From an uncultured Thermoplasmatales archaeon (GTDB taxonomy: Archaea > Thermoplasmatota > E2 > DHVEG-1): 64,000 nucleotides of DNA. Numbering within the stretch: the first letter of the stretch is position 1; the number at the start of each line of letters is the position of its first letter. Shown here piece by piece: positions 47,176 to 57,178 of this stretch. The DNA is taken from NCBI GenBank assembly GCA_964618505.1, contig CAZUBH010000003.1:20687-84686 (forward strand), given 5' to 3'. The notes beneath the pieces were generated by a model. The model had not been told where the DNA came from. It made no database searches and was given only the letters and a program-made list of their open reading frames with translations. A program made the translations under genes and the position numbers.

Positions 47176-49845
47176 ATGACAACTTGGTATGATGTTGTAG
47201 AACCGCATGAAGATATTAAAAAAGGAGACTTTGATGAAGCAATATTTGCTGCAAAACTTGGAGATGTTGCTTTAGGAAAAGCAGTAGTTGATTATAACGA
47301 ACCATCACTTTTTTTCAAAAAAACCTATTTTACAGAGGGGATAAACAATCTTCTTTCAATGGTCTATAATAAACTTAAAAACGGTAAAGGATCATCCGTT
47401 GTTGAAATAAAAACTCCTTTTGGTGGTGGTAAAACACATGCGTTAATTGCAATTTATCATTATATCAAAAACGGCAATAAAGTAAGAAGCCAACTTCCTC
47501 AAAATTTAAAACCAATTGATGCAGATGTTGCAGTTATTGTTGGAACACAATTAAATCCCGTGGAAGGACATAATAGAGATGGAATAACAATAAACACCAT
47601 CTGGGGAGAAATAGTATATCAACTAGCTGGAAAAGACGGATATCAACGATTTGAAAAGAACGATAAAGATCGTATAGCACCGGGAAAAGAAAAACTCAGA
47701 GAATTTTTTGAACAATGCGGACCATTTGTAATTCTTTGTGATGAAGTATTACAATACATAACAAAAGCACGAGGAGTAAAATATCATGATACAAATCTTG
47801 CTTCACAAACATTTGCATTCCTACAAGAATTAACAGAAACAATATCATCATTGAATCATGGAATGCTTGTTGTAACTCTACCATCAAGCTATCTAGAAGA
47901 TTATACTGATAGAGAAGAAGAATCACTTGCAAAACTTGAAAAAGTCTTTGGAAGAATAGAATCAATAGAAACACCAGTTAAAGGAGAAGAAATATACTCA
48001 ATTATTCGAAGAAGACTATTTTCAACAATAATAAATGAAGAAGAAAAAAGTAATATTATCCTAAAATATTTTAAACATTATCAAAAACAAAAAGATGAAC
48101 TGCCTTCAAAAGCAAAAGAAGTTGATTACAAGAGAAAAATGGAACTATCTTATCCATTTCACCCTGAAGTAATAGATATACTCTATGAAAAATGGGGAAC
48201 CTTTTCATCATTTCAACGAACGAGAGGAGTATTAAGACTTCTTGCAAACGTAATAGAAGATTTATACAACAAAGAAACAAATATTGATATCATTCTACCC
48301 TCAGATATCAGACTTGATGCACCATCTGTACGACAAGAATTCATAAAACACATCGGAAGTGAATACGAAAGCATAATAGGCTCAGATATTTCAGGTCATG
48401 AAGCAAAAGCTTTACAACTAGATAAAGAAAACAAAGGATGGAAACATCTTGCAGAACGAATATCAACAGCAATATTTTTTTACTCATTTTCTGGAGACAA
48501 ATCAGAAAAAGGAGCAACACTAGAAAACATAAAATTCACAGTAATGCACACCGATACAATCACACCAATGATAACAGAAGTACTACAACGACTCAACAAA
48601 TCACTATGGTACATCAATGAAAGAGGAGAAATGTACCGATTTTCAAAAATACCAAATCTTAACAGAATGATACTTGACAAAAAAGAACTCTACAACGAAA
48701 CATATATAGACGAAATGATAAAGATCCTTCAAAAAGAAACAGGAAACGCGTTTCAAACCTTCCTATGGCCAAAAAAATCAGAAGACATACCAGATAACAA
48801 AGAAATAAAACTAGTAATACTCAGACCAGATGAAAAAGAAGACACACCACAAAAATGGCTAGAAAAGAAAGGAAACACTTTTAGAACATACAAAAACACA
48901 TTAATATTTGCATTAGCAGATCCAGCAGGATATGGAGCGTTCAAAGAAGAAATAAAAACATATCTTGCACTAAAAGAAATAGAACATGAAATAAAAACAG
49001 ACAAAGAAAGCGGCCTTACAGAAAAAACAGAAGAAGTAACCGAACGAATGAGAAGAATCAAAGACGATATATCATTTAACACTAGAAGAATGTATAACAT
49101 TCTAATAATCGGAAAAGAAAAAATATCCTTAGGCCAGCCAACAGTAGGAAAAGAAAGCCTATCTAACTGGTATAAAATAGAACTTGAATCAAGAGAAAAA
49201 ACAGCAACAAATCTACACTACAGATTTATTCTAAACAAATTCATGCAAGGAAAAGAAAAACTAGAAACAAAAATAATAATAGACCAATTCTACAAAGACC
49301 CAACATTTGTAATACCAACATCACAAGAAGTAATCAAGCGCTCAATACAACAAGGAATTGTAGAAGGAGCATTTGGATTAGGATACATACAAGATAACAA
49401 AATCGATAAAGACACAATAAAATATAAATCAAACATACCAACAAACTCAATATCCCTAGACGAAGGAGAAATCCTGATATCAAAAGAACTAGCAATAAAA
49501 CTACAACAAGAACAAACAGAAGAAGAACCAACACCACCTAATGAAGAAAAACCAAAAGGACCAGAATATCCCCAAGGAACAAGTGGTGGAGAAACACAAA
49601 TAAAAGAAGGAGAAAAAAGATACAAAAAAATCTCTTTGAGAATAGAGGACATCCCAGCATCAAAAATAGCAGATCTAAGCAGAGGCGTACTAATGCCAAT
49701 AAGTCGAGAAATAGGATCTTTTAAATTCAACATGGAAATTGAAATACAAAACGAAGAAGGGGTATCAGAAAAAACAATAAAAGACAAAGTAAAAGAAACC
49801 ATATCTCAAATAGGTGCAAAAATAACAAAGGATGAGTGTGAGTAA
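47176..49845 (+). CDS. DUF499 AAA+ ATPase
   Basis: PHEDI, TPFGGGKTHAL Walker A, ILCDE Walker B, SYPFHPE, FQRTRGVLRLLA. Confidence 0.92.
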   Translation: MTTWYDVVEPHEDIKKGDFDEAIFAAKLGDVALGKAVVDYNEPSLFFKKTYFTEGINNLLSMVYNKLKNGKGSSVVEIKTPFGGGKTHALIAIYHYIKNGNKVRSQLPQNLKPIDADVAVIVGTQLNPVEGHNRDGITINTIWGEIVYQLAGKDGYQRFEKNDKDRIAPGKEKLREFFEQCGPFVILCDEVLQYITKARGVKYHDTNLASQTFAFLQELTETISSLNHGMLVVTLPSSYLEDYTDREEESLAKLEKVFGRIESIETPVKGEEIYSIIRRRLFSTIINEEEKSNIILKYFKHYQKQKDELPSKAKEVDYKRKMELSYPFHPEVIDILYEKWGTFSSFQRTRGVLRLLANVIEDLYNKETNIDIILPSDIRLDAPSVRQEFIKHIGSEYESIIGSDISGHEAKALQLDKENKGWKHLAERISTAIFFYSFSGDKSEKGATLENIKFTVMHTDTITPMITEVLQRLNKSLWYINERGEMYRFSKIPNLNRMILDKKELYNETYIDEMIKILQKETGNAFQTFLWPKKSEDIPDNKEIKLVILRPDEKEDTPQKWLEKKGNTFRTYKNTLIFALADPAGYGAFKEEIKTYLALKEIEHEIKTDKESGLTEKTEEVTERMRRIKDDISFNTRRMYNILIIGKEKISLGQPTVGKESLSNWYKIELESREKTATNLHYRFILNKFMQGKEKLETKIIIDQFYKDPTFVIPTSQEVIKRSIQQGIVEGAFGLGYIQDNKIDKDTIKYKSNIPTNSISLDEGEILISKELAIKLQQEQTEEEPTPPNEEKPKGPEYPQGTSGGETQIKEGEKRYKKISLRIEDIPASKIADLSRGVLMPISREIGSFKFNMEIEIQNEEGVSEKTIKDKVKETISQIGAKITKDECE

Positions 49846-49847
49846 TA

Positions 49848-50975
49848 GTGGATAATACTGTTTCTCAACAAGAGATCAATTCCCTCATCTATAGAATGGA
49901 AAAACTCGAAAAGAAAAAGAATACAAAACGAAGAACAAGTGTGAAAGTAAACGGAAAAGAAATCCTTTTAAGAAAGGCGTATAAAGAACCAAAATTCCAT
50001 CATAAAACAGTACTAACCCATGATACTTGGAGATATGTTGATATTTTCCTGAAAGGGATGAGAAATAAAGAAGGAGATAAAGCAAGAAAATATTGGGAAC
50101 AAGCAAGGCAATTTTATATCGCTTCAAAACAATTAAAAGAATATGCTTCTCCTTTAACATTGTATTATTCTTATTTAAATGCTACAAAGGCGCTATTGTA
50201 TTCAAAGAAACATAGATTTGTCGACACATACCATGGGATTTCTAGTCTCGATAACGATGATTCGATCTCGATTTATAGTGAAAGAATACGATTATGTAAA
50301 GAAGGTGTCTTACCCGGGTTATGTGAGTATTATGGTGAAGATTCTTGCGAAAATATAGAATATTCTTTAAAATGGGTTCTTTACAATATACCTTATATAC
50401 ATCGTGCTTTCTCATTGACCTATTCGGGATCAAGTAATCTTTTCATACCAATTATGAATCCGATGTTTGTATATGATTCAAAGACTAAGGAAATATGGTT
50501 AGAATCTGAATTGGAACAAAAATACTCAAACAAAACCACTTTAAATATGCTAAAGAATTTTGAAATCGATGACTATTACAACAAGAACAATTATGTAATT
50601 AAGTCAAAAGAAAAACTAAAAGTAAATACATCATACTGTCTACAAAAAAAAGATATTGGAAAGTTTTTAACATTCTATCAGTGCATTAGAAAAAATGTTG
50701 ATTATATACATGGACCTAAAGATCTTTGGTACATTAAGAGGAGCCATATCTCAAATTCAATAAATCGTACTACAATGGTGTTAACACTTGCAGCTATGCA
50801 TAAGCTTAGTAGTTTAGCTAGATATCATCCCGAACGATTAGAAAAATATCTTTCAAAAAATACTCATTGGTTACTCTCAGAATTTATCCATATATCTCCA
50901 GATCAATTTATCGATCAGATTGCTTGTGAGATTACAGGATGTAATTTACAAATACCTGGCATTAAAATTGAATGA
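49848..50975 (+). CDS. YaaC-like protein
   Basis: QARQFY, PLTLYYSYLNATKALL, HGI, LSSLARYHP. Confidence 0.75.
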   Translation: MDNTVSQQEINSLIYRMEKLEKKKNTKRRTSVKVNGKEILLRKAYKEPKFHHKTVLTHDTWRYVDIFLKGMRNKEGDKARKYWEQARQFYIASKQLKEYASPLTLYYSYLNATKALLYSKKHRFVDTYHGISSLDNDDSISIYSERIRLCKEGVLPGLCEYYGEDSCENIEYSLKWVLYNIPYIHRAFSLTYSGSSNLFIPIMNPMFVYDSKTKEIWLESELEQKYSNKTTLNMLKNFEIDDYYNKNNYVIKSKEKLKVNTSYCLQKKDIGKFLTFYQCIRKNVDYIHGPKDLWYIKRSHISNSINRTTMVLTLAAMHKLSSLARYHPERLEKYLSKNTHWLLSEFIHISPDQFIDQIACEITGCNLQIPGIKIE

Positions 50976-51035
50976 AAACCTGTAAAAATATTAATAATGA
51001 GTCATGTATAAAATAGAATCATTTGAACCAAAAGG

Positions 51036-51164
51036 TTATTTCATATCTTTTTTTATTAGTTCTTCGATATAATCACTTATATCTTGATCTCTATCTATAC
51101 ATTTTTTCTTAACTGCTTTCCATAGTTCTGAATCAATTTTGATACTTGTTGTTTTTCTTACCAC
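51036..51164 (-). CDS. 42-aa ribbon-helix-helix (CopG/ParG-like) protein, divergent from the transposase
   Basis: GTG start; MVRKTTSIKIDSELWKAVKKKCIDRDQDISDYIEELIKKDMK. Confidence 0.75.
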   Translation of the reverse strand: MVRKTTSIKIDSELWKAVKKKCIDRDQDISDYIEELIKKDMK

Positions 51165-51229
51165 ATTTTCTTCAAAGTATTATATCTTTATAATTTTATC
51201 GCTTTATGTAAAGATACATTTATATATAG

Positions 51230-51259
51230 GTATTACATACTACTATAATACTGTAATAC
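51230..51259. promoter_or_regulatory. Putative RHH operator: GTATTACA...TATAATAC-TGTAATAC inverted/direct 8-mers
   Basis: GTATTACA (51230-51237) is the reverse complement of TGTAATAC (51252-51259); lies just downstream of TTTATATA and upstream of the transposase start. Confidence 0.5.
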
Positions 51260-51275
51260 TATGAATGGGTTTTAA

Positions 51276-52835
51276 ATGAAAACAACCAAACAAAGTATCT
51301 CCAAAACAGAAATTGAAAAGGAGATATACTGCACATTCGAACTATTCAACAAAGAAAAAAATATCAGCATAGCAGATTTCATAGAAAAACTCGATATCTC
51401 AACGATAAAACATCAAGACTATAGAAAAATAAAATTCTCATATGAATCACTCATAAGATTCATACTCTATCAAAAACTCAAAAAATTCAGATTCATAACA
51501 CAAACAAGACAACATCTTAAAATCCATCCGGAGGAAGGAATACAACTCGGTTTCAAAGAAATACCAAATAGAAGACAAATAGGATACTTCCAAAATCATA
51601 TACTTAACAAAGAAACAAAAGAATTACTTAATTTTATCATAAATAAAGTAGAAGAAATAACAGATAAGTTTGGAATAACACTTGATATAGTATCTCTAAA
51701 ACCAAAGAAGATAAAACCTACTAAGACCAGAAATCAATATTATATTAGAGATAAGAAAACCAGAGAGATCTGTCAACTTGTAAAAAAACGATTCTCACCT
51801 TTTATTGATTTCAAACTCAACTACAATAGCCTCTACAAGAAGAAGCAGTTCATTGATCTCATGATACACATGGGGATGACAAGGGATTTTGCTGAAAATG
51901 GTAGTAAAACATTCAAGGAAATCAAAGGGCAAAAAAGCCCAAACTCAGATACTCTCCTATATCATATTAAAAATCATAATGATTTAAAAGAAATACAAAA
52001 AATGTATCTCACCCTTTTTGAAATACTATGGGAAATGACAAAACAAACAAATGTTATTGATCTCAGAAAATCATATGATGTAGCAATTGATTATACTGAA
52101 TGGTATTTCTATGGAGATAGAAGCACTCCAATGGTTGTTGGCAAAAAACCTGAAAGAGGAACCAGTAAATGCTACAAGTTTGCAACCATCAACATAGTTG
52201 AATCAGGAAAAAGATTTACATTACTTGCATTACCTGTAGGCGCGTTCGATACAAAAGAAAAGATCTTGAAACAACTGTTTACCTATGCTTTGAAACGAAT
52301 TAGAATCAAACGAGTTTATGTTGATCGTGGATTTTTTGATTCAAAATCGATAAACACAATAAAACAGTTCAGACTAAAGTTTCTCATGCCTTGTACAGCA
52401 AACGCGAGAATAAAGAAAATCCTGGACATTATGCCTTCTCCGACAGTAATAAATGATTACGAAATGGAAAATACACTTTTTAATGTAGTAATAGTAGAAG
52501 ATGATGATGGAAACAAACGAGCATTTGCCACCAATGAACAATTCAACGAAAACGATGTAGATCTGGCAACAAGACTCTTTCTTCTTTATGGTAAAAGATG
52601 GGGTATAGAGACGAGTTATAAAGTCAAAAAACATTCATTTCTACCTAAGACAACCTCTAAGAATTATCTTATTAGAATATTCTACTTTTTATTTTCAGTA
52701 TTGTTGTATAATCTTTGGTTACTTGCGGATATTCTTATCTGGCTTGCTCTCTTTGGAGAAGTAAAACAAGACCATCTCATTACCTCAAAATACTTTGGAA
52801 CCATACTTTATACAATAGATCCTGGAGGAGGATAA
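51276..52835 (+). CDS. ISH3-family (IS4-like DDE) transposase with N-terminal extension
   Basis: AIDYT, YKFATI, RFTLLALP, VYVDRGFF, YGKRWGIETSYK (Y-2-R-3-E), LLYNLW. Confidence 0.9.
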   Translation: MKTTKQSISKTEIEKEIYCTFELFNKEKNISIADFIEKLDISTIKHQDYRKIKFSYESLIRFILYQKLKKFRFITQTRQHLKIHPEEGIQLGFKEIPNRRQIGYFQNHILNKETKELLNFIINKVEEITDKFGITLDIVSLKPKKIKPTKTRNQYYIRDKKTREICQLVKKRFSPFIDFKLNYNSLYKKKQFIDLMIHMGMTRDFAENGSKTFKEIKGQKSPNSDTLLYHIKNHNDLKEIQKMYLTLFEILWEMTKQTNVIDLRKSYDVAIDYTEWYFYGDRSTPMVVGKKPERGTSKCYKFATINIVESGKRFTLLALPVGAFDTKEKILKQLFTYALKRIRIKRVYVDRGFFDSKSINTIKQFRLKFLMPCTANARIKKILDIMPSPTVINDYEMENTLFNVVIVEDDDGNKRAFATNEQFNENDVDLATRLFLLYGKRWGIETSYKVKKHSFLPKTTSKNYLIRIFYFLFSVLLYNLWLLADILIWLALFGEVKQDHLITSKYFGTILYTIDPGGG

Positions 52836-53017
52836 CATGATACTTCAAATCAAATCTTTATTACCTTTTTCGCCTTAATTTATAATAGATCTATATTCTA
52901 TATTTTTAGTAAAAATTACCTTATTTTTCCTCTCAACAGATGAGAAATCTTGTTTTTCTCCATATCAAAACCTATTTATACACAGTTTCTTTCCTGAATT
53001 TCTCTTGTTTTTGATCA

Positions 53018-53032
53018 CTTTCGGAACTACTG
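53018..53032 (-). repeat. Right terminal inverted repeat (reverse complement CAGTAGTTCCGAAAG)
   Basis: 183 bp downstream of the transposase stop; ends in ...TACTG. Confidence 0.85.
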
Positions 53033-53037
53033 CTTAA
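53033..53037 (+). repeat. Target-site duplication, right copy (CTTAA)
   Basis: Identical to 31969-31973. Confidence 0.8.
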
Positions 53038-53039
53038 GA

Positions 53040-53057
53040 CGAAATATTTATATAGAA
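53040..53057 (+). promoter_or_regulatory. Thermosome promoter (BRE-TATA) CGAAATATTTATATAGAA
   Basis: TTTATATA box flanked by CGAA and GAA, ~50 bp upstream of the start; GGAGG SD before the ATG. Confidence 0.65.
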
Positions 53058-53106
53058 GTGTTTGTATGCACGTTTTAAATTTAGATTAAAATGGAGGTAG
53101 AATTTT

Positions 53107-54768
53107 ATGATGGCCGGTGGTCAACAACCTATTATAATCTTAAAAGAAGGAACTAAACGAGAAAAAGGTAAAGGCGCACAATTTAACAATATAATGGCTG
53201 CAAGAGCAATATCTGATGCAGTCAAGTCAACACTTGGTCCAAAAGGAATGGACAAGATGTTGGTCGACTCTATGGGAGATGCAACAGTAACAAATGATGG
53301 TGCAACAATTTTAAAAGAAATTGACGTAGAGCATCCAGCAGCAAAAATGATTGTTGAAGTTGCAAAAGCACAAGATGAAGAATGTGGTGATGGAACAACC
53401 TCTGCAGTAATTCTCACAGGAGAATTATTAAAATATGCGGGAGAACTTCTAGAACAAAACATTCATCCAACTGTAATAACACATGGTTACAAACTTGCTT
53501 CAGAAAAAGCAATTGAAACATTGAATCAAATGGCAATGCCATTAAAAACATCTGATAAAAAAACACTAAAAAACATTGCAATAACTTCAATGTCAAGTAA
53601 AGGCGCAAGCGCTGCAAAAGAAATACTTGCTGATGTTGTTGTCGATGCAGTAACAAGCGTTGCAGAAAAAGATGGAACAAAAACATATGTAGATATGGAT
53701 AACATCCAAATCCAAAAGAAACATGGTGGCAGCATTTCAGATACAAATATAATCAAAGGAATAATCCTTGATAAAGAACGAGTACATGAAGGAATGCCAA
53801 AACATGTAAAAAACGCAAAAATCGCTCTTGTAAATGCTGCTCTTGAAGTAAGAAAAACTGAAGTAGATGCAAGAATCCAAATAAATGATCCAACTCAACT
53901 TCAAGCATTTTTAGATGAAGAAGAAGGAATGCTTAAAAAAATGGTAGAAAAAGTCAAAAAGAGTGGCGCAAACGTACTTGTCTGTCAAAAAGGAATTGAT
54001 GACTTAGCACAACACTATCTTGCAAAACATGGAATTTACTCAGTAAGAAGAGCAAAGAAATCTGATATGGAAAAGCTTTCAAAAGCAACTGGTGCAAATG
54101 TTGTAGCAAATCTAGATGACTTAACATCAAAAGATTTAGGTATTGCTGGAAATGTAGAAGAAAGAAAAATCGGTGAAGATAAGATGACATTCGTAACAGA
54201 TTGCAGAAATCCAAAGGCAGTATCAATACTTATCAGAGGAAGTACAGAACATGTTGTTGATGAGCTTGATAGAGGTCTTCACGATGCTTTATTTGTTACC
54301 AAAGTGGCACTTGAAGATGGAAAAATGACACCTGGTGGTGGTGCAGCAGCAACAAAAGTTTCAATGGCTCTTAGAGAATATGCAACATCTGTTGGTGGAA
54401 GAGAACAAATGGCAATTGAAGCATTTGCAGATGCAATTGAAGTTGTTCCAAAAACGCTTGCAGAAAATGCTGGAATGGACCCAATTGATATGATGCTTGA
54501 AATGAGAAGACTTCACAAGAAAGGAAACAAATACGCTGGAATTGACGTAACAGGCGGAAAAGTTGGAGACATGCTTAAATCCAATGTAATAGAACCACTC
54601 AGAGTCAGCGTAAATGAAGTTCAAGCAGCAACTGAAGCCGCAACAATGATTCTTAGAATCGATGATGTAATCGCCTCTAAAAGTGGAGGCGGTGGCGGAA
54701 TGCCTGCTGGTGCTGGAGGCATGGGCGGCATGCCACCAGGCGGAATGCCTGGCATGGGTGACTACTAA
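53107..54768 (+). CDS. ths: Thermosome (group II chaperonin) subunit
   Basis: [37 protein letters not shown]-repeat tail. Confidence 0.97.
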   Translation: MMAGGQQPIIILKEGTKREKGKGAQFNNIMAARAISDAVKSTLGPKGMDKMLVDSMGDATVTNDGATILKEIDVEHPAAKMIVEVAKAQDEECGDGTTSAVILTGELLKYAGELLEQNIHPTVITHGYKLASEKAIETLNQMAMPLKTSDKKTLKNIAITSMSSKGASAAKEILADVVVDAVTSVAEKDGTKTYVDMDNIQIQKKHGGSISDTNIIKGIILDKERVHEGMPKHVKNAKIALVNAALEVRKTEVDARIQINDPTQLQAFLDEEEGMLKKMVEKVKKSGANVLVCQKGIDDLAQHYLAKHGIYSVRRAKKSDMEKLSKATGANVVANLDDLTSKDLGIAGNVEERKIGEDKMTFVTDCRNPKAVSILIRGSTEHVVDELDRGLHDALFVTKVALEDGKMTPGGGAAATKVSMALREYATSVGGREQMAIEAFADAIEVVPKTLAENAGMDPIDMMLEMRRLHKKGNKYAGIDVTGGKVGDMLKSNVIEPLRVSVNEVQAATEAATMILRIDDVIASKSGGGGGMPAGAGGMGGMPPGGMPGMGDY

Positions 54769-54804
54769 AACAATCATCCTCTCTTTTTTTATTTTTAAGA
54801 TATC

Positions 54805-55326
54805 ATGACCACTAAAAAACCTAGTGATAAAAAGAAAACTGATGCTAAAAATTTAGAAAAGAAGATAAAAGAGATGGAAGAAGAAATTAATAAAATAAAA
54901 GAAGAACTCAAGATTAAAAATGATAAATATTTGAGAAGTTGTGCAGACTTTCAGAATTATAAAAATAGAATAGAAAAAGAATATGAATTTAATAAAACAG
55001 ATGTAGTAAGAAAATATCTGGAAGAATTGTTTGAAATTTATGAACTATTGAAAAAAGCAATTGAAGACAAAAAACCGCAAGAAGGACTAAATCTTATTAT
55101 ACAAAATATGAACAATTTCTTCGAAAAAGAAGAAATAAAATGTATTGAAACTATCGGTAGGGAATTTGACCATAACCTTCATCATGCGGTTACAACCATA
55201 GAAAAAAAAGATTGTAAAGAAAATGAAATTGTTGATGAAATTAAAAAAGGATATAAAATGAAAAATAAAGTAATAAAACCTGCTCAAGTAGTAGTTGCAA
55301 AAAAAAGTGAAAATAAGGAGGTGTGA
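54805..55326 (+). CDS. grpE: Nucleotide exchange factor GrpE
   Basis: [21 protein letters not shown]...VIKPAQVVV. Confidence 0.93.
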   Translation: MTTKKPSDKKKTDAKNLEKKIKEMEEEINKIKEELKIKNDKYLRSCADFQNYKNRIEKEYEFNKTDVVRKYLEELFEIYELLKKAIEDKKPQEGLNLIIQNMNNFFEKEEIKCIETIGREFDHNLHHAVTTIEKKDCKENEIVDEIKKGYKMKNKVIKPAQVVVAKKSENKEV

Positions 55327-55330
55327 TTAT

Positions 55331-57178
55331 ATGGGAAAAATTATTGGAATAGATCTAGGAACTACAAATTCTGAAGTAGCATTTATGGAAGGTGGAAAGC
55401 CAACCATAATAAAAAGTGCTGAAGGGCAAACATATTTTCCATCTGTAGTAGCATTTACAAAAGATGGTGAAAAACTTGTTGGAGAAGCTGCAAAAAGACA
55501 AGCTGTGACAAATCCCGAAGGAACTATTCAGAGAGTAAAAAGAAAAATGGGTAAGGATGAAAAAATAAAACTTCATGGTAAACAATATACACCTCAACAA
55601 ATATCGGCTTTTATTTTACAAAAGATAAAAAAAGATGCTGAAGACTATATTGGCGAAAAGATAACAGATGCGGTAATTACTGTTCCTGCCTATTTTAACG
55701 ATGACCAGCGTCAGGCAACAAAAGATGCGGGAAAAATTGCTGGGCTTAATGTTAAACGTATCTTAAATGAACCAACAGCAGCATCTCTTGCTTACGGACT
55801 TGATAAAGAAGGCGACCACAAAATAGCAGTATATGATTTTGGTGGAGGAACCTTTGATATTACACTTATGGAAGTAGGCGATGGAGTATTTGAGGTTCTT
55901 TCAACAAATGGAGATACAGAGCTTGGTGGTTCAGATATTGATCAAGCAGTATTAGATTATATTGTAGAACAGTTCAAAAAAGAAAATAAATTTGATCTAA
56001 AAAAAGATGCGAAAACTTTACAGCGCATCTTAGAAGCTGCTGAAACAGCTAAAAAGGAATTATCATCAACACTACAAACCGAAATTAACTTACCATACAT
56101 AACTGTAGTTGATAATGAACCTAAACACTTAGAAATGAAGCTTACAAGGGCACAATTTGAAAAGATAATCTCTCCAATTGTTGACAAGACAGAAAAACCA
56201 TGCAAACAGGCACTTTCTGATGCTAAGTTGAAACCTTCAGATATAGATCACATCGTACTTGTTGGTGGTACAACTAGAATTCCTCTGGTTCAAAAGAAAG
56301 TAGAAGAAATATTTGGTAGCAAGCCAAAAAGAGATGTTGATCCAATGGAATGTGTTGCAATTGGTGCTGCAATACAAGCGGGGGTTCTATCTGGAGATAT
56401 AGATAAAGATATTGTACTGTTAGATGTAACGCCTTTAACGCTAAGTATTGAAACACTTGGTGGAGTTGCAACGCCTCTTATTGATAGAAATACAACAGTC
56501 CCTACAAAGAAAAGTAAAACCTTTTCAACTGCAGCTGACAATCAAACTAGCGTAGATATTAATGTATTACAGGGAGAAAGGCCGATGGCTGTTGATAATA
56601 AAAGTCTTGGAAGATTTCATTTAGATGGGATTTTACCAGCGCCCCGAGGAATACCCCAGATAGAAGTATCATTTGATATTGATGCAGATGGAATTCTCAA
56701 TGTTTCTGCAAAAGATTTAGGAACTGGTAAAGAACAATCTATCAGAATTACAGGCTCAACAAAACTAACAGATGACGAAATAGAAAAAATGAAAAAAGAT
56801 GCTGAAGAACATGCAGAAGAAGACAAGAAAAGAAAGGAAAAAATAGAAGTTAGAAACAATGCAGATGCACTAGTAAATAGTACAGAAAAAACCTTAGAAG
56901 AGCTTAAAGATAAGATTTCAGAAAAAGATAAAAAAGAAATTGAAGCTAAATTAAAAGAGCTTAGAGAAGCACTTACTGGAGAAGATATTGGTAAAATCAA
57001 GGAAAAAACTGACGGCTTAACAAAAGCCTTTCAAAAGATTTCTCAAGAAATCTATCAAAAAGCTGCTCAACAAGCACAACAAAATCAACAGGCAGCAGGA
57101 AATACTGATCAAAAACCAAAAGACGACACAATAAATGCAGATTACAAAGTAAAAGACGAAAAAGATAAAAAAGATTAA
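55331..57178 (+). CDS. dnaK: Chaperone DnaK (Hsp70)
   Basis: [37 protein letters not shown]; start reassigned to ATG 55331 after GGAGGTG. Confidence 0.97.
   Translation: MGKIIGIDLGTTNSEVAFMEGGKPTIIKSAEGQTYFPSVVAFTKDGEKLVGEAAKRQAVTNPEGTIQRVKRKMGKDEKIKLHGKQYTPQQISAFILQKIKKDAEDYIGEKITDAVITVPAYFNDDQRQATKDAGKIAGLNVKRILNEPTAASLAYGLDKEGDHKIAVYDFGGGTFDITLMEVGDGVFEVLSTNGDTELGGSDIDQAVLDYIVEQFKKENKFDLKKDAKTLQRILEAAETAKKELSSTLQTEINLPYITVVDNEPKHLEMKLTRAQFEKIISPIVDKTEKPCKQALSDAKLKPSDIDHIVLVGGTTRIPLVQKKVEEIFGSKPKRDVDPMECVAIGAAIQAGVLSGDIDKDIVLLDVTPLTLSIETLGGVATPLIDRNTTVPTKKSKTFSTAADNQTSVDINVLQGERPMAVDNKSLGRFHLDGILPAPRGIPQIEVSFDIDADGILNVSAKDLGTGKEQSIRITGSTKLTDDEIEKMKKDAEEHAEEDKKRKEKIEVRNNADALVNSTEKTLEELKDKISEKDKKEIEAKLKELREALTGEDIGKIKEKTDGLTKAFQKISQEIYQKAAQQAQQNQQAAGNTDQKPKDDTINADYKVKDEKDKKD

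Larger units (their letters stand above)
31974..53032. mobile_element. 21,059-bp ISH3-family cargo-carrying transposon
   Basis: Paired CAG-ended TIRs, exact 5-bp TSD, one ISH3-like transposase at the right end, interior made of accessory (resistance/defence) genes. Confidence 0.78.

Noticed and set aside
50008-50022. CAGTACTAACCC as a nearer left end for the transposase
   Set aside because: Only the first 5-6 bases match the TIR, it lies inside the yaaC ORF, and it is not preceded by CTTAA.
54685-54762. GC-rich repeated GGC/ATG tract
   Set aside because: Encodes the ordinary Gly-Gly-Met tail of chaperonins; not a DNA repeat element.
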